Numbered from the stretch's first letter, positions 7,152 through 17,198 are shown. The stretch is 45,571 nt of DNA from a virus (IMGVR_UViG_3300048578_000448:1-45571), one strand, 5' to 3'. Notes: generated by a model not told the origin, from the sequence alone. Made by a program: numbers and translations.

Positions 7152-9523
7152 TAGGCGGCCCTCGCATATTGACCGGCCGCCTCGGCAAGGGCGAACCAGT
7201 ATTTGGTGGATCCGGACTGATTGAAGTTGGCACCGCTGTTCCGCAGCTTCGCCCCATTGCTGAGGAAGTCGAACAGCGCGCCGGTCGTCACGTTCGCGCC
7301 GTAGCTAAGGAACATATAGTTGACCTCTTGCGCGGCGTTGCCGTTGTAGTTGGCAGCTCGTGCCCGATCGGCGGCGTACCAATACTGATTGTTGGCGTTG
7401 TAGACCCCGACAAAGGCCGGCCGGAAGTTCGCGGTCAGCATCGGCCCGTCGGTTGACGCGTTGCCGGTATAGGCACCACCGGCCCAGAGCGGGCCGTCGG
7501 CAAAGAGGATCGCGATATAGACGACGCCGTTCGAGTTGAGGTTATTGGTGGCGTTGTTCGTCACCGTGATGCTGCTGCCGCTAACGGCCGATAGCGGCGT
7601 GTTGGTGTTGGCAGCGTCGGCCGCGCTGGCAGCGCCTAGCGTCTGGAAATGAGCGTCCGAGGCGAAGGCTTTATGCCACAGATACCAAGACGTGGCGCCC
7701 ATACCGCAAAGCAGTGCCATGCCGGGCTTCTTCGCCAGATTGTGCGGGATGGCCTTGGTGGCACCGCCGTCACCGACCCAGGTCACGACCTCGATGCCAT
7801 TGGCTGGATCGGCCTTCAAGGCGATGTCCAGAAACTGCGTTGCATTGGCATTGAGCGCGGCGGCCGTGCCGAACGAATAGCCGTCGCTGTTGAAAGCGGT
7901 GATCGATTGAGCGTCCGCGACCTCGGCCACGCCACCGTTCATTGACTTGTATTTGCCGGTACCGCGCAGCGACGTGATGATCGGGTTTGTCTGGCCGGTC
8001 GTGCCGACGCGCGGCTTGATGATGAGGGCATTGGGCTGCAGCAGCAGGCCGCTCTTGCTGCCGGCAGCACCGGTACCGGCTCGATCGAAGATCGCGATCT
8101 TCTTCCGGGGATTGGGTTCCCCTGGCGCCGCCTTGCTGGTCGCGCAGATCGGCGAGTAGCCGCTGCGGAGGGCACTACCGAATGGTCGCTGTCCGAAGTT
8201 GGCGTGATGGCCGCCGGCTGCCGCGTTCGATACGGCCACGATGATCGGAAGAACGGGCGCCTTGATGCCGCTGAAGGCTGGCGATGTGCCGGCGACCGGG
8301 TCACCGCCGCCCTGGATGGCGCCGTTCTTCTCGAACCACACCTTGACGTTGTCGCCGTCCGTGGCGTCGACGTAGCAGATGACCTTGTCGGCCGTGGTAA
8401 AGGCCGCGCCATAGGCTGTGGGCGAGCCGGCCGTCCGCTTGGTTCCATCCATGCAATAGGTGAAAATCTGCGCCGATGTCGCGACTTCGTCGGCGGCGTA
8501 CGGCCCGCCGAAGAGTGCGTTTGCAACACCGATCCCGGAGACGTGAAGATAGGATGGGTCCGCACCCGCCGTCATTTCGAACGCGCGCTTCTCTCCAGCG
8601 ACGATGGGCATCGAGCCCAGCGCATAGAAATGGAAGGAGGCGGATAGCCCTGTGAACGTCAGCCCGCAATTGGTGAGAGCCGCATTGCCGTGCTGGTGTT
8701 TATTGATGCTTGAAAGTACACAGAAATTGCCGTGAACGGTGCCGTCGTCATAGTTCGTCGGCGTGTCGGTCAGCGAATCATTGCCTGCACCCGCAGCGAC
8801 ACTGAAGCCGCTTGGCGTCCAGTCGTTGTTGTTGCCGCTGCGGTCCTTGCCGAGTGTCGCGGACGTGGTGTTGCTGTTGTCGCTGAAATCGGGATGCGAG
8901 CCGTTGGCGCCAAAGCTGCCGGCATAGACCTTCGGTCCCCACTCCCCGGTGGTATCATCGAACTCGCCCAGGCTTGAGGGCGCGAGGGCTTGCCCGTCGA
9001 TGTGTTGGAAATCCGCCATCAGGCAGTCGGCCGGCCAGGTCGCGCCATCATAGGTCGAGATATAGCGCGTCGTGCTGGCCTTGTTTGCGGCGTGGACGAA
9101 GTTGAGGGCGACGGCGTTGTTGGTGGCCCAGTTCGTCACCTCCAAGCCGTTGAGAAAGACCCGGAGGCGATCGGCGGCATTGGCCTGGGCTGTGTCCCAG
9201 ACGATTATGAAGTGGTACCAGGCGTGCGGGTCACGCAGCTTAAAGGCGGAGTTGCGGTAGATCGTGGTGCCGTTGGCGCCGATAACCGAGAAGGTGTCGT
9301 CGGCGTTAATGCGGAAGTCGTCGATCGGCCCCAACACCGATTGCAAGACGCCGAGGTTGCCGCGCTTGATCCAGAAGCTCTGGGTGAACTTCTTGTCGTT
9401 CGTCGGCACCGCCACGCTGACATTGGTGAGCTTCGGTGTGTCCGGCGAATTGAAGCGCAAGGATCGTGCGATGCGAACGCCGACGACGGACCCGTTGCCT
9501 GGTACGATGGCGCCCAGCATCAC
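7151..9523 (-). CDS. Tail fibre/receptor-binding protein with LamG(ConA)- and SPRY-like domains
   Basis: RSLRFN, FTQSFWIKR, LRDPHAWYHFIIVWDT, LGKDRSGNNNDWT, DTPTN, NFGQRPF motifs; 790 aa. Confidence 0.7.
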   Translation of the reverse strand: MMLGAIVPGNGSVVGVRIARSLRFNSPDTPKLTNVSVAVPTNDKKFTQSFWIKRGNLGVLQSVLGPIDDFRINADDTFSVIGANGTTIYRNSAFKLRDPHAWYHFIIVWDTAQANAADRLRVFLNGLEVTNWATNNAVALNFVHAANKASTTRYISTYDGATWPADCLMADFQHIDGQALAPSSLGEFDDTTGEWGPKVYAGSFGANGSHPDFSDNSNTTSATLGKDRSGNNNDWTPSGFSVAAGAGNDSLTDTPTNYDDGTVHGNFCVLSSINKHQHGNAALTNCGLTFTGLSASFHFYALGSMPIVAGEKRAFEMTAGADPSYLHVSGIGVANALFGGPYAADEVATSAQIFTYCMDGTKRTAGSPTAYGAAFTTADKVICYVDATDGDNVKVWFEKNGAIQGGGDPVAGTSPAFSGIKAPVLPIIVAVSNAAAGGHHANFGQRPFGSALRSGYSPICATSKAAPGEPNPRKKIAIFDRAGTGAAGSKSGLLLQPNALIIKPRVGTTGQTNPIITSLRGTGKYKSMNGGVAEVADAQSITAFNSDGYSFGTAAALNANATQFLDIALKADPANGIEVVTWVGDGGATKAIPHNLAKKPGMALLCGMGATSWYLWHKAFASDAHFQTLGAASAADAANTNTPLSAVSGSSITVTNNATNNLNSNGVVYIAILFADGPLWAGGAYTGNASTDGPMLTANFRPAFVGVYNANNQYWYAADRARAANYNGNAAQEVNYMFLSYGANVTTGALFDFLSNGAKLRNSGANFNQSGSTKYWFALAEAAGQYARAA

Positions 9524-10503
9524 TTCACATCCTGGTTGCGGCCGAACTCGACCAGATTGGTGCCGTCATATTGGAAGGTGAAGGTATCGAGCGCGTTTGC
9601 GGTCGTTGTCAGCGTCGGAGCCACACCGCGCGCGAACTTGAAGATGCTGTTCCAGGCAAGCGAGCGGCCACCGGTTGCGTCCTGAGAGATGCGCGCAACA
9701 TAGAATGCTTCCGCCACCAGGTTGGTCGGCGCAGCCATAGTTCGATTGCCACCTAGGACCAACTTGCCGATTTGGCCGAGCGCGCCATCCCACGGCACAG
9801 AAGCGCCGTCGACGAGATCCTGCTTCACCATCTTGGCATTGGTGAAAGTCTGTGTGCCGGTGAAGGTTTGCGCGGCGCGAAGGCTGGCGTCGACCGGATT
9901 GAGCAAGTGCCATTGATTGGCGACGTCGTCGAACACCAGGCGCGCGATGCTGTTGATCGGTGCGTCTCCCTTGGCGATCGCCCGCGTGATGCCACCCACC
10001 TTGATAGGCCAGGGCCCAAATGTACCGTTGACCGTCAATGTGGCCGCGTCCGCGGCATCGGCATGGAGTTTCAGATAGACCTCGGTGCCGCTTTTCAATG
10101 CTGAGATTGGTACGTCGAAGGATGCCGCGAGCACCGCGCATGCACTGCTGACGACCACGCCAGTCGAGACGGCGAAGCAATGCTGCCCGCCTTCGGGGCC
10201 GAAATCTTCGGCGATGGCAACCAGGGTGACGATCTTGTCAGAACCATCCGGCCAGTTGATCGGTGCGCCTGTCGAGGAGAGCACCAGGCGCTCGCGGGTC
10301 AGGCTATCGCCGTCGAATACCCCTTCATTAATCTCGAATGTGGTGGTGCCAAGCTGCTGGACCTTATAGCGGCACTTCTTGCCGACGGTGACGCGGCCGG
10401 CAAACGGCAGGACGCCGGCATTGGTGACGATGCCGTCGAGCGAGTAGTCGCCGGCACCGGCCGTCCGGCTGATTTGTTGAACGCTGTCGGAAAGAACGAT
10501 CAT
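9520..10503 (-). CDS. Tail/fibre-proximal structural protein
   Basis: 327 aa after the tape measure; C-terminal QDATGGRSLAW...PTLTTTANALD module common in phage tail proteins. Confidence 0.65.
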   Translation of the reverse strand: MIVLSDSVQQISRTAGAGDYSLDGIVTNAGVLPFAGRVTVGKKCRYKVQQLGTTTFEINEGVFDGDSLTRERLVLSSTGAPINWPDGSDKIVTLVAIAEDFGPEGGQHCFAVSTGVVVSSACAVLAASFDVPISALKSGTEVYLKLHADAADAATLTVNGTFGPWPIKVGGITRAIAKGDAPINSIARLVFDDVANQWHLLNPVDASLRAAQTFTGTQTFTNAKMVKQDLVDGASVPWDGALGQIGKLVLGGNRTMAAPTNLVAEAFYVARISQDATGGRSLAWNSIFKFARGVAPTLTTTANALDTFTFQYDGTNLVEFGRNQDVK

Positions 10504-10526
10504 GTCACTGCCTCTTCAATAGCCGC

Positions 10527-13500
10527 CTAACGGCGACCGTTGCCAACGGCCAGGACCTTGCCCGACCATTGCTGGTTGTTCGTCGCATGCACGCTGTCCA
10601 GGCGCTGGCGGCGCGTTTCCGCCGTGAGCTTGTCGAACCTGTCGGTGAGGGTGGCAGCGAGCGTGTCCTGACCTTCCGTGACGCCGTCGCGGATCTCGGT
10701 CAGGAGTTTGATGGTTTCCGCATTGGGATCCGTCACCGAGCCGGTACCGCTGCCGCCGCCCATGACCTGCGCCAGGCGCGCATTGATATCGACGAGCTGC
10801 TGCGGTGTGGCACCATTGGCGGCGGCGGCCATCGTCGTCATAGCCATCAGCGTGCCGCCCAGGGCATTGCCTTTGCCGTCACGCTCGACGCCGACACCCT
10901 TCTCGCCAACCTGCTGGCCCCTGCTGGCACCCAGCGATTCGGCCATGTCGGTGAATGGCCCGTCGAAATCACCCGATAAGACGCCGCTGGCCTTGTACGC
11001 TGCCATCCCGAGACCCATGCCCGGCATCATGCCGAACGCAAGGTCGAGCATTTGACCAGCGATGTAGCCAGGCGTCGCAAAGGGATAGTTCGGCACATAG
11101 GCGACCGGCGTCTGGTTGGCCGGGTTGTTCGGATTGTTGGAGTAGGCCGCGCGCCGCTGGCCGAGAGTGTCGTAACCAAGAAGCTGGTCGAGCCAGCCGC
11201 CAAAGCCGGTGCCCTTCTCGTCGTTGCCGGAGTAGCTCTTTGCACCAGGGCCGTCCTCGCTGCCGCCGCTGATACCGCCAGCCGGCCCGGCCGGGTCACG
11301 CGGCTGCGTGCCACCGGCACCGCCCCAGCCTCCTGATCCCTTGCCGTCGCCGCCGCCCTTGCCTCCAGAGGATCCACCGCTGCCATTGCCATTGGCGCCA
11401 CCGGACCCGCCGACACCGCCACCGGATTTGCTGTCGACACCCTTTTCACTCCAGAACTCACGGAGACCCGTCCACGGGTTTCTCGTGTTCGAGCCGCCAG
11501 CGGCATCGAGCATCGAGATCTCGTTGTCGTTGACATGGACCAGCTCGGTGTCGCCGAAGCGGTGGAAGCGGCCGAGGTATTGAGCGGCCTGGCGCGCATT
11601 GATGACCATCGAGCCGGAGCCGGCATTGATCAGCTCGGGGCCTTGTTCGCCGACGACGGAGAGGCCGGTCGCGAGCCCACCTCCGGCAAAGCCGTGGATG
11701 TTCCCCAGCTCACGCACCTTGGCGACGATCTGTTCATAGATCTGCGCATAGGATTGCGTCATCCCGAAATAGCCCTTCGCCACTTCGAGATAATTCCGCG
11801 CTGCCTCGACGACACTGCCGGTGTCGCCGGAGTTCACGACGTCGTCGTAGCGACCGCGCGCCTGGTCGAGCTTCTGCGTCGGGGTGCCGGCGGCCAGGTC
11901 GCCAAGCTTCAGCTCGTCGAAGAAGGCCCGGAACTGGTCCTGGGTCTGATTGAGGCCGGCCTCAACGACCTCCTTCCGCTTCAGCGCGTAGAGTTCCTCG
12001 ACCTTGGCAAGATCCACGCCCAGCTCGGTGGCGACAGCCTTCCGCGCCTCATACTCTTTCTCCAGCTCGGCCATGGCGGCGGCCTGCGGATCCTTGATGG
12101 CGAGAATGTCGGCATTGAGTTCGTCGATGAAATTCTCTTTGAACACGTCGTCGATATGATCGACCGACAGCCCGAATTCCTCCGCCGTGGCTTTGGCGGA
12201 TGCCATCGCCTTATTGAGATCCTTCAGGGCTTCGGCCGCCGCCTGTGCCGGCGTGCGAATCTGGTCGACCCGGTCATAGAATTTCCCGAACTCGACCATC
12301 CGGGTGATCTCGTCCTGGTCGCTGACGCCGACGCCCCCATTGTCGGCGACGACATTCTTGAAGATGGTGAGGATGGTATCCGAGACGCCCTGCACCAGTC
12401 CCTTCTGCGCCGCGACCGCCAGGCTGCCACTGAGGAACATGGGTAGGAACTGCTCGGCGGTGTCGGCGGTGCCGATGTATTCGTCGGCAAACGAGCCATA
12501 GAAGTAGTGCTTTTCACCCTTCTTTTTCTTGCCCTTCACCCGGGCCTGATAGACCTCCTGCACGCGCGCCGAGGCTTCGTCGTCGAAGGTGGCACCGAGA
12601 TCCAGGAAGAAGTCGTTGAAGGCATCCGCCATAGCGTTGCCGAGCTTGCCGCCAGCCTGGTTGTCTTCCGACATGCCCTTGCCCTTGGCATAGGCAAAGC
12701 TACCGTCGACACCCAGCATGCCGTAGCTGTCGAAGCCGAGATCAGCGCCAGCGACCGATTTGACCTTCTTGTATTTCGGCTTCTTGTTGAACAGGCTGCC
12801 CACGAACTTGCCGAGCATCGAGCCGACCGTCGAGCCGATCATGCTGCCAACAGGGCCGAAATAGGAGCCGGCGATGCCGCCGATCGCGCCGCCGACGCCG
12901 GCGCCGACGGTCTCGCCCGTGGTGCCGCCCGACGCTGCCGTGGCGCCGGCCGCCAGCAGGCCGGACAGCATGCCACCGCCGATCGGCGAATTCAGGAACG
13001 AACCCGCCTGACCGCTGAAGGACGAGTTAAGCCCGGTACCGCCACCAACCGCGCCCATGCCGGCGACGCCGGTCGCGCGCATGCCGGCGCTGTTGGTGGC
13101 GACCGACTGCGTACCGAACAGCATCGAGCCCCAGCCGGAATTCCACTGGCCGCCCGAAAGGTTTGCACTGAACATGCTGGACATGTTCATGCCGCCGCTG
13201 CCCATGCCGGTGGCGCCGCCGCCCGTTCCGCCCATGCCCAGCTGGGTTGCCATGCCACCCATGCCCAGGTTGGAGAGCAGGCCGCCGACGACCGGCCGGA
13301 ACACCAGCAACGTGGCGATCTCGGCGGCGAGTTGCTTGAAGATCCCGAGCAGCGATCGCCCGAAATCCTTGAAGGATCTGATGTTGCCGTCGAGCAGCTT
13401 GCGGAACATGTCGGTCCAGGCCTGCTGGATCCCGCGCAGGGCGTTCTTATACGGCTCCTGCATCATCTCCGCCGACTTCTTCGCGGCGTCGGTGATCTCC

Positions 13501-15110
13501 TTCTGCCGATCGATGGCGGCATTAAGTTTTGTCTGGTCTTCGAGCAGGCCCTGCAGCTGCTGCCGCTGCTCCGGGCTAAGATCCTTCCCCATCTGCTCTT
13601 TGAGGTCGCGCTCGGCGCGCAACAGCGGGATCAGCTGCTTGCGCCCACTAACCTCCAGCTGCAGTTCCTCGTTCTGCTGTTCAAGACCCGTGATGTATTT
13701 CTCGAAGGTCTCCGGCGCATTGGCCTGCTTTTCCAGCAGCTCGAGATTTTCGGCGATCGCATCGTTGAGCGTGCGCTGCTCGGCCAGCCAGGCAGCGATC
13801 TGTTCGGCTGTCATGCCGGCAGCGTGTTCGAGCGCCGCCATGTTCGTCGTGCCAAGTTCGGCCGCCTCGCCGAACGATAGCAACATGTCGCGCGCCTTCT
13901 GCGCATCCTGGGTGATCTGCAGACCTTCGACACCGCCATTGTCGAGCGCCTGGCGTTGGGCGGTCAGGTCGGCGATCGTCGTTCCGAGCGCCTGCAGATT
14001 GTTCCGTGCCTCGGTGACGCGCTTGGCGCTTTCGACAGCATCCTTGCCGAGCTCGGCGAGATGATCGCGGACCGATCCCCATTTCGAGGGATCATTGAGG
14101 CGGTCGATTGTCTCCTGCAGGAGACCCAACTCAATGTAGAGCTTTGCCAGTTCTTGATCGGTCTCGGCACTGCTCCCGCCGATACCACCGTCACCGATCT
14201 TGTCGTAGGGGCTACCGCCAGCCGCCGCCAGTGCGAGTTGGTCCTGGGCTTCGAGCTGATGTCTCGTTGCCGACACATTCTCCAGCTTGGCGATCGTGTC
14301 GGCAACCGTGGCCGCACGGCTCTGGTGCTGCGCAATGGTCTCGTCGGCCAATTGCCGGCGCCGCAGCTGCGAGAGTTCGGCAGAAGTGAGGAGCAGCTCA
14401 TTGGCGCTGCGCTGGGCGTCCTCCCACTTCGACGTCGCAGCGGCAAGATCCTCGGTGCTGTCGCCCATGCCACTGAGGCCGATGGTCAGTGCCGAGACGA
14501 TCGAGAGAGCAGCACCCATCACGGCGCCCCATGGGCCGCCGAACACCTGCAGCGCCTGGCCGCCCTGCTGGGCAAAGGCCACCATGAATCGCTGCCCGGA
14601 GGCAAGCTGCACCGCCAGGTCGCCGATCTGATAGCCAAGCCCCTGGATCTGGGTGCCGTACTTGTTGAAATTGCCGAAGAAGCCGGTGGCAGCACCGCTC
14701 ATACCGCGCAGTTGCTGAACCTGCTGGGCGAAGCCGGCCTTGGTTGCCGCCATCGCGCTCGCATATTCACGCTGATTGAGCGCACCCACCTTCAGGGCGC
14801 GGTTAACCTCGGCAATCTGTGCCCGATAAGCCTGCTGCAGCGAAAAGAGCGGGCTATATTTGGCGCGGAGTTGGTCCAGCTCCCGCCCGTAGGCAGCAAT
14901 GTCGGCCGCCCGCGCCTGGGCGTTCTGCCGTGACCCGACGCCAAGCCGCTTGTCGACCTCGGCCACGCTGTTGGCGGCGGCCTGGACCTTGCGCATCGAC
15001 GTCTGCGCCTGGTCGCCGAATTCCTTGACGGCACCCGTGGCGTCGCGCACCCCGAGCTTTAGGCCCGAGGCATCGGCTGTCATCACCAGAGCGACGCGCA
15101 TATCGCTCAT
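10527..15110 (-). CDS. Tail tape measure protein (lambda-like N-terminal domain)
   Basis: 1527 aa, coiled-coil rich; LGYQIGDLAVQLASGQ...QQGGQ motif; Gly-rich hydrophobic middle; follows the chaperone genes. Confidence 0.92.
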   Translation of the reverse strand: MSDMRVALVMTADASGLKLGVRDATGAVKEFGDQAQTSMRKVQAAANSVAEVDKRLGVGSRQNAQARAADIAAYGRELDQLRAKYSPLFSLQQAYRAQIAEVNRALKVGALNQREYASAMAATKAGFAQQVQQLRGMSGAATGFFGNFNKYGTQIQGLGYQIGDLAVQLASGQRFMVAFAQQGGQALQVFGGPWGAVMGAALSIVSALTIGLSGMGDSTEDLAAATSKWEDAQRSANELLLTSAELSQLRRRQLADETIAQHQSRAATVADTIAKLENVSATRHQLEAQDQLALAAAGGSPYDKIGDGGIGGSSAETDQELAKLYIELGLLQETIDRLNDPSKWGSVRDHLAELGKDAVESAKRVTEARNNLQALGTTIADLTAQRQALDNGGVEGLQITQDAQKARDMLLSFGEAAELGTTNMAALEHAAGMTAEQIAAWLAEQRTLNDAIAENLELLEKQANAPETFEKYITGLEQQNEELQLEVSGRKQLIPLLRAERDLKEQMGKDLSPEQRQQLQGLLEDQTKLNAAIDRQKEITDAAKKSAEMMQEPYKNALRGIQQAWTDMFRKLLDGNIRSFKDFGRSLLGIFKQLAAEIATLLVFRPVVGGLLSNLGMGGMATQLGMGGTGGGATGMGSGGMNMSSMFSANLSGGQWNSGWGSMLFGTQSVATNSAGMRATGVAGMGAVGGGTGLNSSFSGQAGSFLNSPIGGGMLSGLLAAGATAASGGTTGETVGAGVGGAIGGIAGSYFGPVGSMIGSTVGSMLGKFVGSLFNKKPKYKKVKSVAGADLGFDSYGMLGVDGSFAYAKGKGMSEDNQAGGKLGNAMADAFNDFFLDLGATFDDEASARVQEVYQARVKGKKKKGEKHYFYGSFADEYIGTADTAEQFLPMFLSGSLAVAAQKGLVQGVSDTILTIFKNVVADNGGVGVSDQDEITRMVEFGKFYDRVDQIRTPAQAAAEALKDLNKAMASAKATAEEFGLSVDHIDDVFKENFIDELNADILAIKDPQAAAMAELEKEYEARKAVATELGVDLAKVEELYALKRKEVVEAGLNQTQDQFRAFFDELKLGDLAAGTPTQKLDQARGRYDDVVNSGDTGSVVEAARNYLEVAKGYFGMTQSYAQIYEQIVAKVRELGNIHGFAGGGLATGLSVVGEQGPELINAGSGSMVINARQAAQYLGRFHRFGDTELVHVNDNEISMLDAAGGSNTRNPWTGLREFWSEKGVDSKSGGGVGGSGGANGNGSGGSSGGKGGGDGKGSGGWGGAGGTQPRDPAGPAGGISGGSEDGPGAKSYSGNDEKGTGFGGWLDQLLGYDTLGQRRAAYSNNPNNPANQTPVAYVPNYPFATPGYIAGQMLDLAFGMMPGMGLGMAAYKASGVLSGDFDGPFTDMAESLGASRGQQVGEKGVGVERDGKGNALGGTLMAMTTMAAAANGATPQQLVDINARLAQVMGGGSGTGSVTDPNAETIKLLTEIRDGVTEGQDTLAATLTDRFDKLTAETRRQRLDSVHATNNQQWSGKVLAVGNGRR

Positions 15111-15520
15111 GTGTTGCTATCCTGGGCTTTTCGGAACAGGCGGGCGCTTTCGGCGACATAGGCCATCTCCATAACCTGGAGATCGTCAAAGTGCCGCCGT
15201 TTAATCCGCCTTCCCATCATCCTGAAGCCCGCTTCAACGCCGCTGTAATCGAGACCGGTCGGCAGCCCCGAGGTCGTATCCCGGCGCCACTGCGTCATCG
15301 CCGCTAGAAAGAGACGAAGGGCGAAGATGTTTTCGCCCCAGATTTCGCAGACGCCCTCTTCGGTTGCTTCCGCTTGTGTGTCCTGCAGCGCCGCCAGGTC
15401 GTCCTCGGAAACACCGAGGGCGCGGAACTCGTCGATCACGTCGTCCTGCAGCTCGACGTTGCCCCGCGCCTGATTGTCGCGGCCGCGCGCGATTGCGTGC
15501 GCGGCCTCGATCAGTTTTTT
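15107..15520 (-). CDS. Tail assembly chaperone GT extension (DUF1799-like), reached by -1 frameshift
   Basis: EIWGEN...F.A.MTQWR....TGLDYSGV...FDDLQVME motif; its frame is open across the slippery site. Confidence 0.75.
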   Translation of the reverse strand, partial: KKLIEAAHAIARGRDNQARGNVELQDDVIDEFRALGVSEDDLAALQDTQAEATEEGVCEIWGENIFALRLFLAAMTQWRRDTTSGLPTGLDYSGVEAGFRMMGRRIKRRHFDDLQVMEMAYVAESARLFRKAQDSNT

Positions 15521-15840
15521 TGGCGGCCCTGCGTCGTCTCTCGGTAGTAGGTGCGCAACAGCTCCGCCTGCACCAGCGGCTCGTCGATCAGCAGATCGCG
15601 CGCCTCTTCGCTCCATTCGACGGGCGAGCCATCTTCGTTCACGACGTCCTCGAACCCCACCAGCACTTCCTTGAGGATCGGCAACTCCGGATTGACCTCC
15701 TGCATGCGGGTTGCCTCCGAGATCTTCATGGCCTTGAAAATCGCGGTAAAGGTCATGATCGAGATGGTGCCGCTCTCGTTGGACATGCGGATCGTGATTT
15801 TCGATTTGAACTTGCGTTCGGTGGCGAGCTTGAAAGCCAT
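15511..15840 (-). CDS. Tail assembly chaperone (G-like)
   Basis: 109 aa between tail tube and tape measure, ending ...GRQKN at a slippery site. Confidence 0.8.
   Translation of the reverse strand: MAFKLATERKFKSKITIRMSNESGTISIMTFTAIFKAMKISEATRMQEVNPELPILKEVLVGFEDVVNEDGSPVEWSEEARDLLIDEPLVQAELLRTYYRETTQGRQKN
15514..15521 (-). other. Programmed -1 ribosomal frameshift site A AAA AAC
   Basis: Minus strand CAA AAA AAC TGA at the chaperone stop; the -1 frame continues KKLIEAAHAIARG. Confidence 0.8.
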
Positions 15841-15967
15841 GGGGAGGGCTCCTTGTTGATTGGGGGGGAGATGAATGGCCGGGCTTCCACCGGCCGCCGA
15901 CTGGATGGGATCCGTCGGTTGCCCTGCTATCGCAGCAGAGCGGGTGCCGAAAAATCGATCGGCGGCA

Positions 15968-16897
15968 TTAAGTGAAGGTGATCTTCATTTCGTCGTTGCC
16001 GGCAACAGGCGCGAAGATCAGCGGCAAGGTCATCATGATCTCGCCCTGGTCCTGGCTATAGGACGGCCGACCGATTTCCACGGCGGGCGCATCGAAGGTG
16101 ATGATGTTGCCTGCGCCGACGCCGTGCTTAATCTGAATCGCGCCACGGGTGCGGTTCTGCGCGAGCGCAAAAAAGTCCTTCGCCGTGATATCCGGGCTGA
16201 CGATCGTGACGGACCCGGTCGGCTGGCGATCGACAAGCTCGATCGATTCCTGGCCGATGAGGAAGCGACCCTCGATCTGGTTCGCGATGTCCATGTCGAA
16301 CGACTGCGCGATGCAGGTGAAACCGTGAACGGTGAAGATCGACGTGTTGGTCTTGTTCGAGACCTGGGGCGCCTTGAAGCCGGTCAGCGTCAGCGCCGGC
16401 AGGGCCGCCGACGTGATGGCACCAAGCAGGCCCTTCAGCATGTATCGCCAGACTGGCAGGCCGTTGGCGGCGACCGTCGCGCGGACTGAGCCGCGGGCAC
16501 CCATCAGCTTGTGCAGGCTGCCGGCGAAGTAGAAATAGATGCCGACGGATTCGAGGTTGGTCGAGACCGGCGCGTACTCAACCTTGGTAGAGGCTGTGAT
16601 CGTCTCCGCCCAGGCGTTCGATCGAAAGAGCGGGGCATAGGCTGGCGGTGTGCCAGCCGCGCCCGAGCCTGCCATCTCCACGTCGAACTGCAGAGTCGCA
16701 TGCGACTTGATGAGGATCTCACCGTTGTTGCCGAAGTATGGCGTCTCGACCTCGCGTTTCACGCTGTCGCCATCGAGCGGCGTCAATTCGACATTCATGC
16801 CGAGCATGGCATTGGCAGCACCCGTCGGAACCGGATCGGTGCCGTATGTGGTTTCGATCTTCGCCAGGATGGCCTTTTGTTTCCATTTATAACCCAT
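15968..16897 (-). CDS. Major tail tube protein
   Basis: KIETTYGTDP, EMAGSGAAGTPP, HGVGAGNI motifs; position before the chaperone. Confidence 0.85.
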   Translation of the reverse strand: MGYKWKQKAILAKIETTYGTDPVPTGAANAMLGMNVELTPLDGDSVKREVETPYFGNNGEILIKSHATLQFDVEMAGSGAAGTPPAYAPLFRSNAWAETITASTKVEYAPVSTNLESVGIYFYFAGSLHKLMGARGSVRATVAANGLPVWRYMLKGLLGAITSAALPALTLTGFKAPQVSNKTNTSIFTVHGFTCIAQSFDMDIANQIEGRFLIGQESIELVDRQPTGSVTIVSPDITAKDFFALAQNRTRGAIQIKHGVGAGNIITFDAPAVEIGRPSYSQDQGEIMMTLPLIFAPVAGNDEMKITFT

Positions 16898-16903
16898 GGT
16901 GGA

Positions 16904-17167
16904 TTACTCCTCGCTTTGCTGGCGGCGGCTGGTCTTGACGGGGGTCGCCTGGTTGACGGGCGTCTCGGCCGATGCTTTCTCCGCCGTGGCAGCAGCGGTT
17001 TTCTCGGCCGCTTCGGCTTCTGCCTTTGCCTTGGCCTCCGCGTCGGCGATGATTGCAGCCGCCTTTGGCGCGGCGGCCTCACGCTGTTCATCGGTCATGT
17101 TCGGCCCTTCGACCTGGAGCGGTTTGCCGTCCGGCTGGATGATGAAGCTGCCACCTTGGCCATTCAT
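16904..17167 (-). CDS. Hypothetical Ala/Glu/Lys-rich protein
   Basis: 87 aa with GGAG SD, between tail terminator and tube. Confidence 0.6.
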   Translation of the reverse strand: MNGQGGSFIIQPDGKPLQVEGPNMTDEQREAAAPKAAAIIADAEAKAKAEAEAAEKTAAATAEKASAETPVNQATPVKTSRRQQSEE

Positions 17168-17198
17168 GTTCGGTCTCCTCGTGTGCCGGCGCTGCGCT

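Noticed and set aside
5079-7154. 691-aa + strand ORF and other long antisense ORFs (12507-13880, 18721-20196, 37866-38816, 40178-41155)
   Set aside because: Shadow ORFs opposite well-supported genes in high-GC DNA; no motifs.
7151-9523. Diversity-generating retroelement or invertible segment acting on the fibre
   Set aside because: No reverse transcriptase, template/variable repeat pair, invertase or flanking inverted repeats seen.
15903-15912. 10-nt complementarity to the candidate RNA at 21867-21876
   Set aside because: 10-mer matches are expected by chance in 45 kb.
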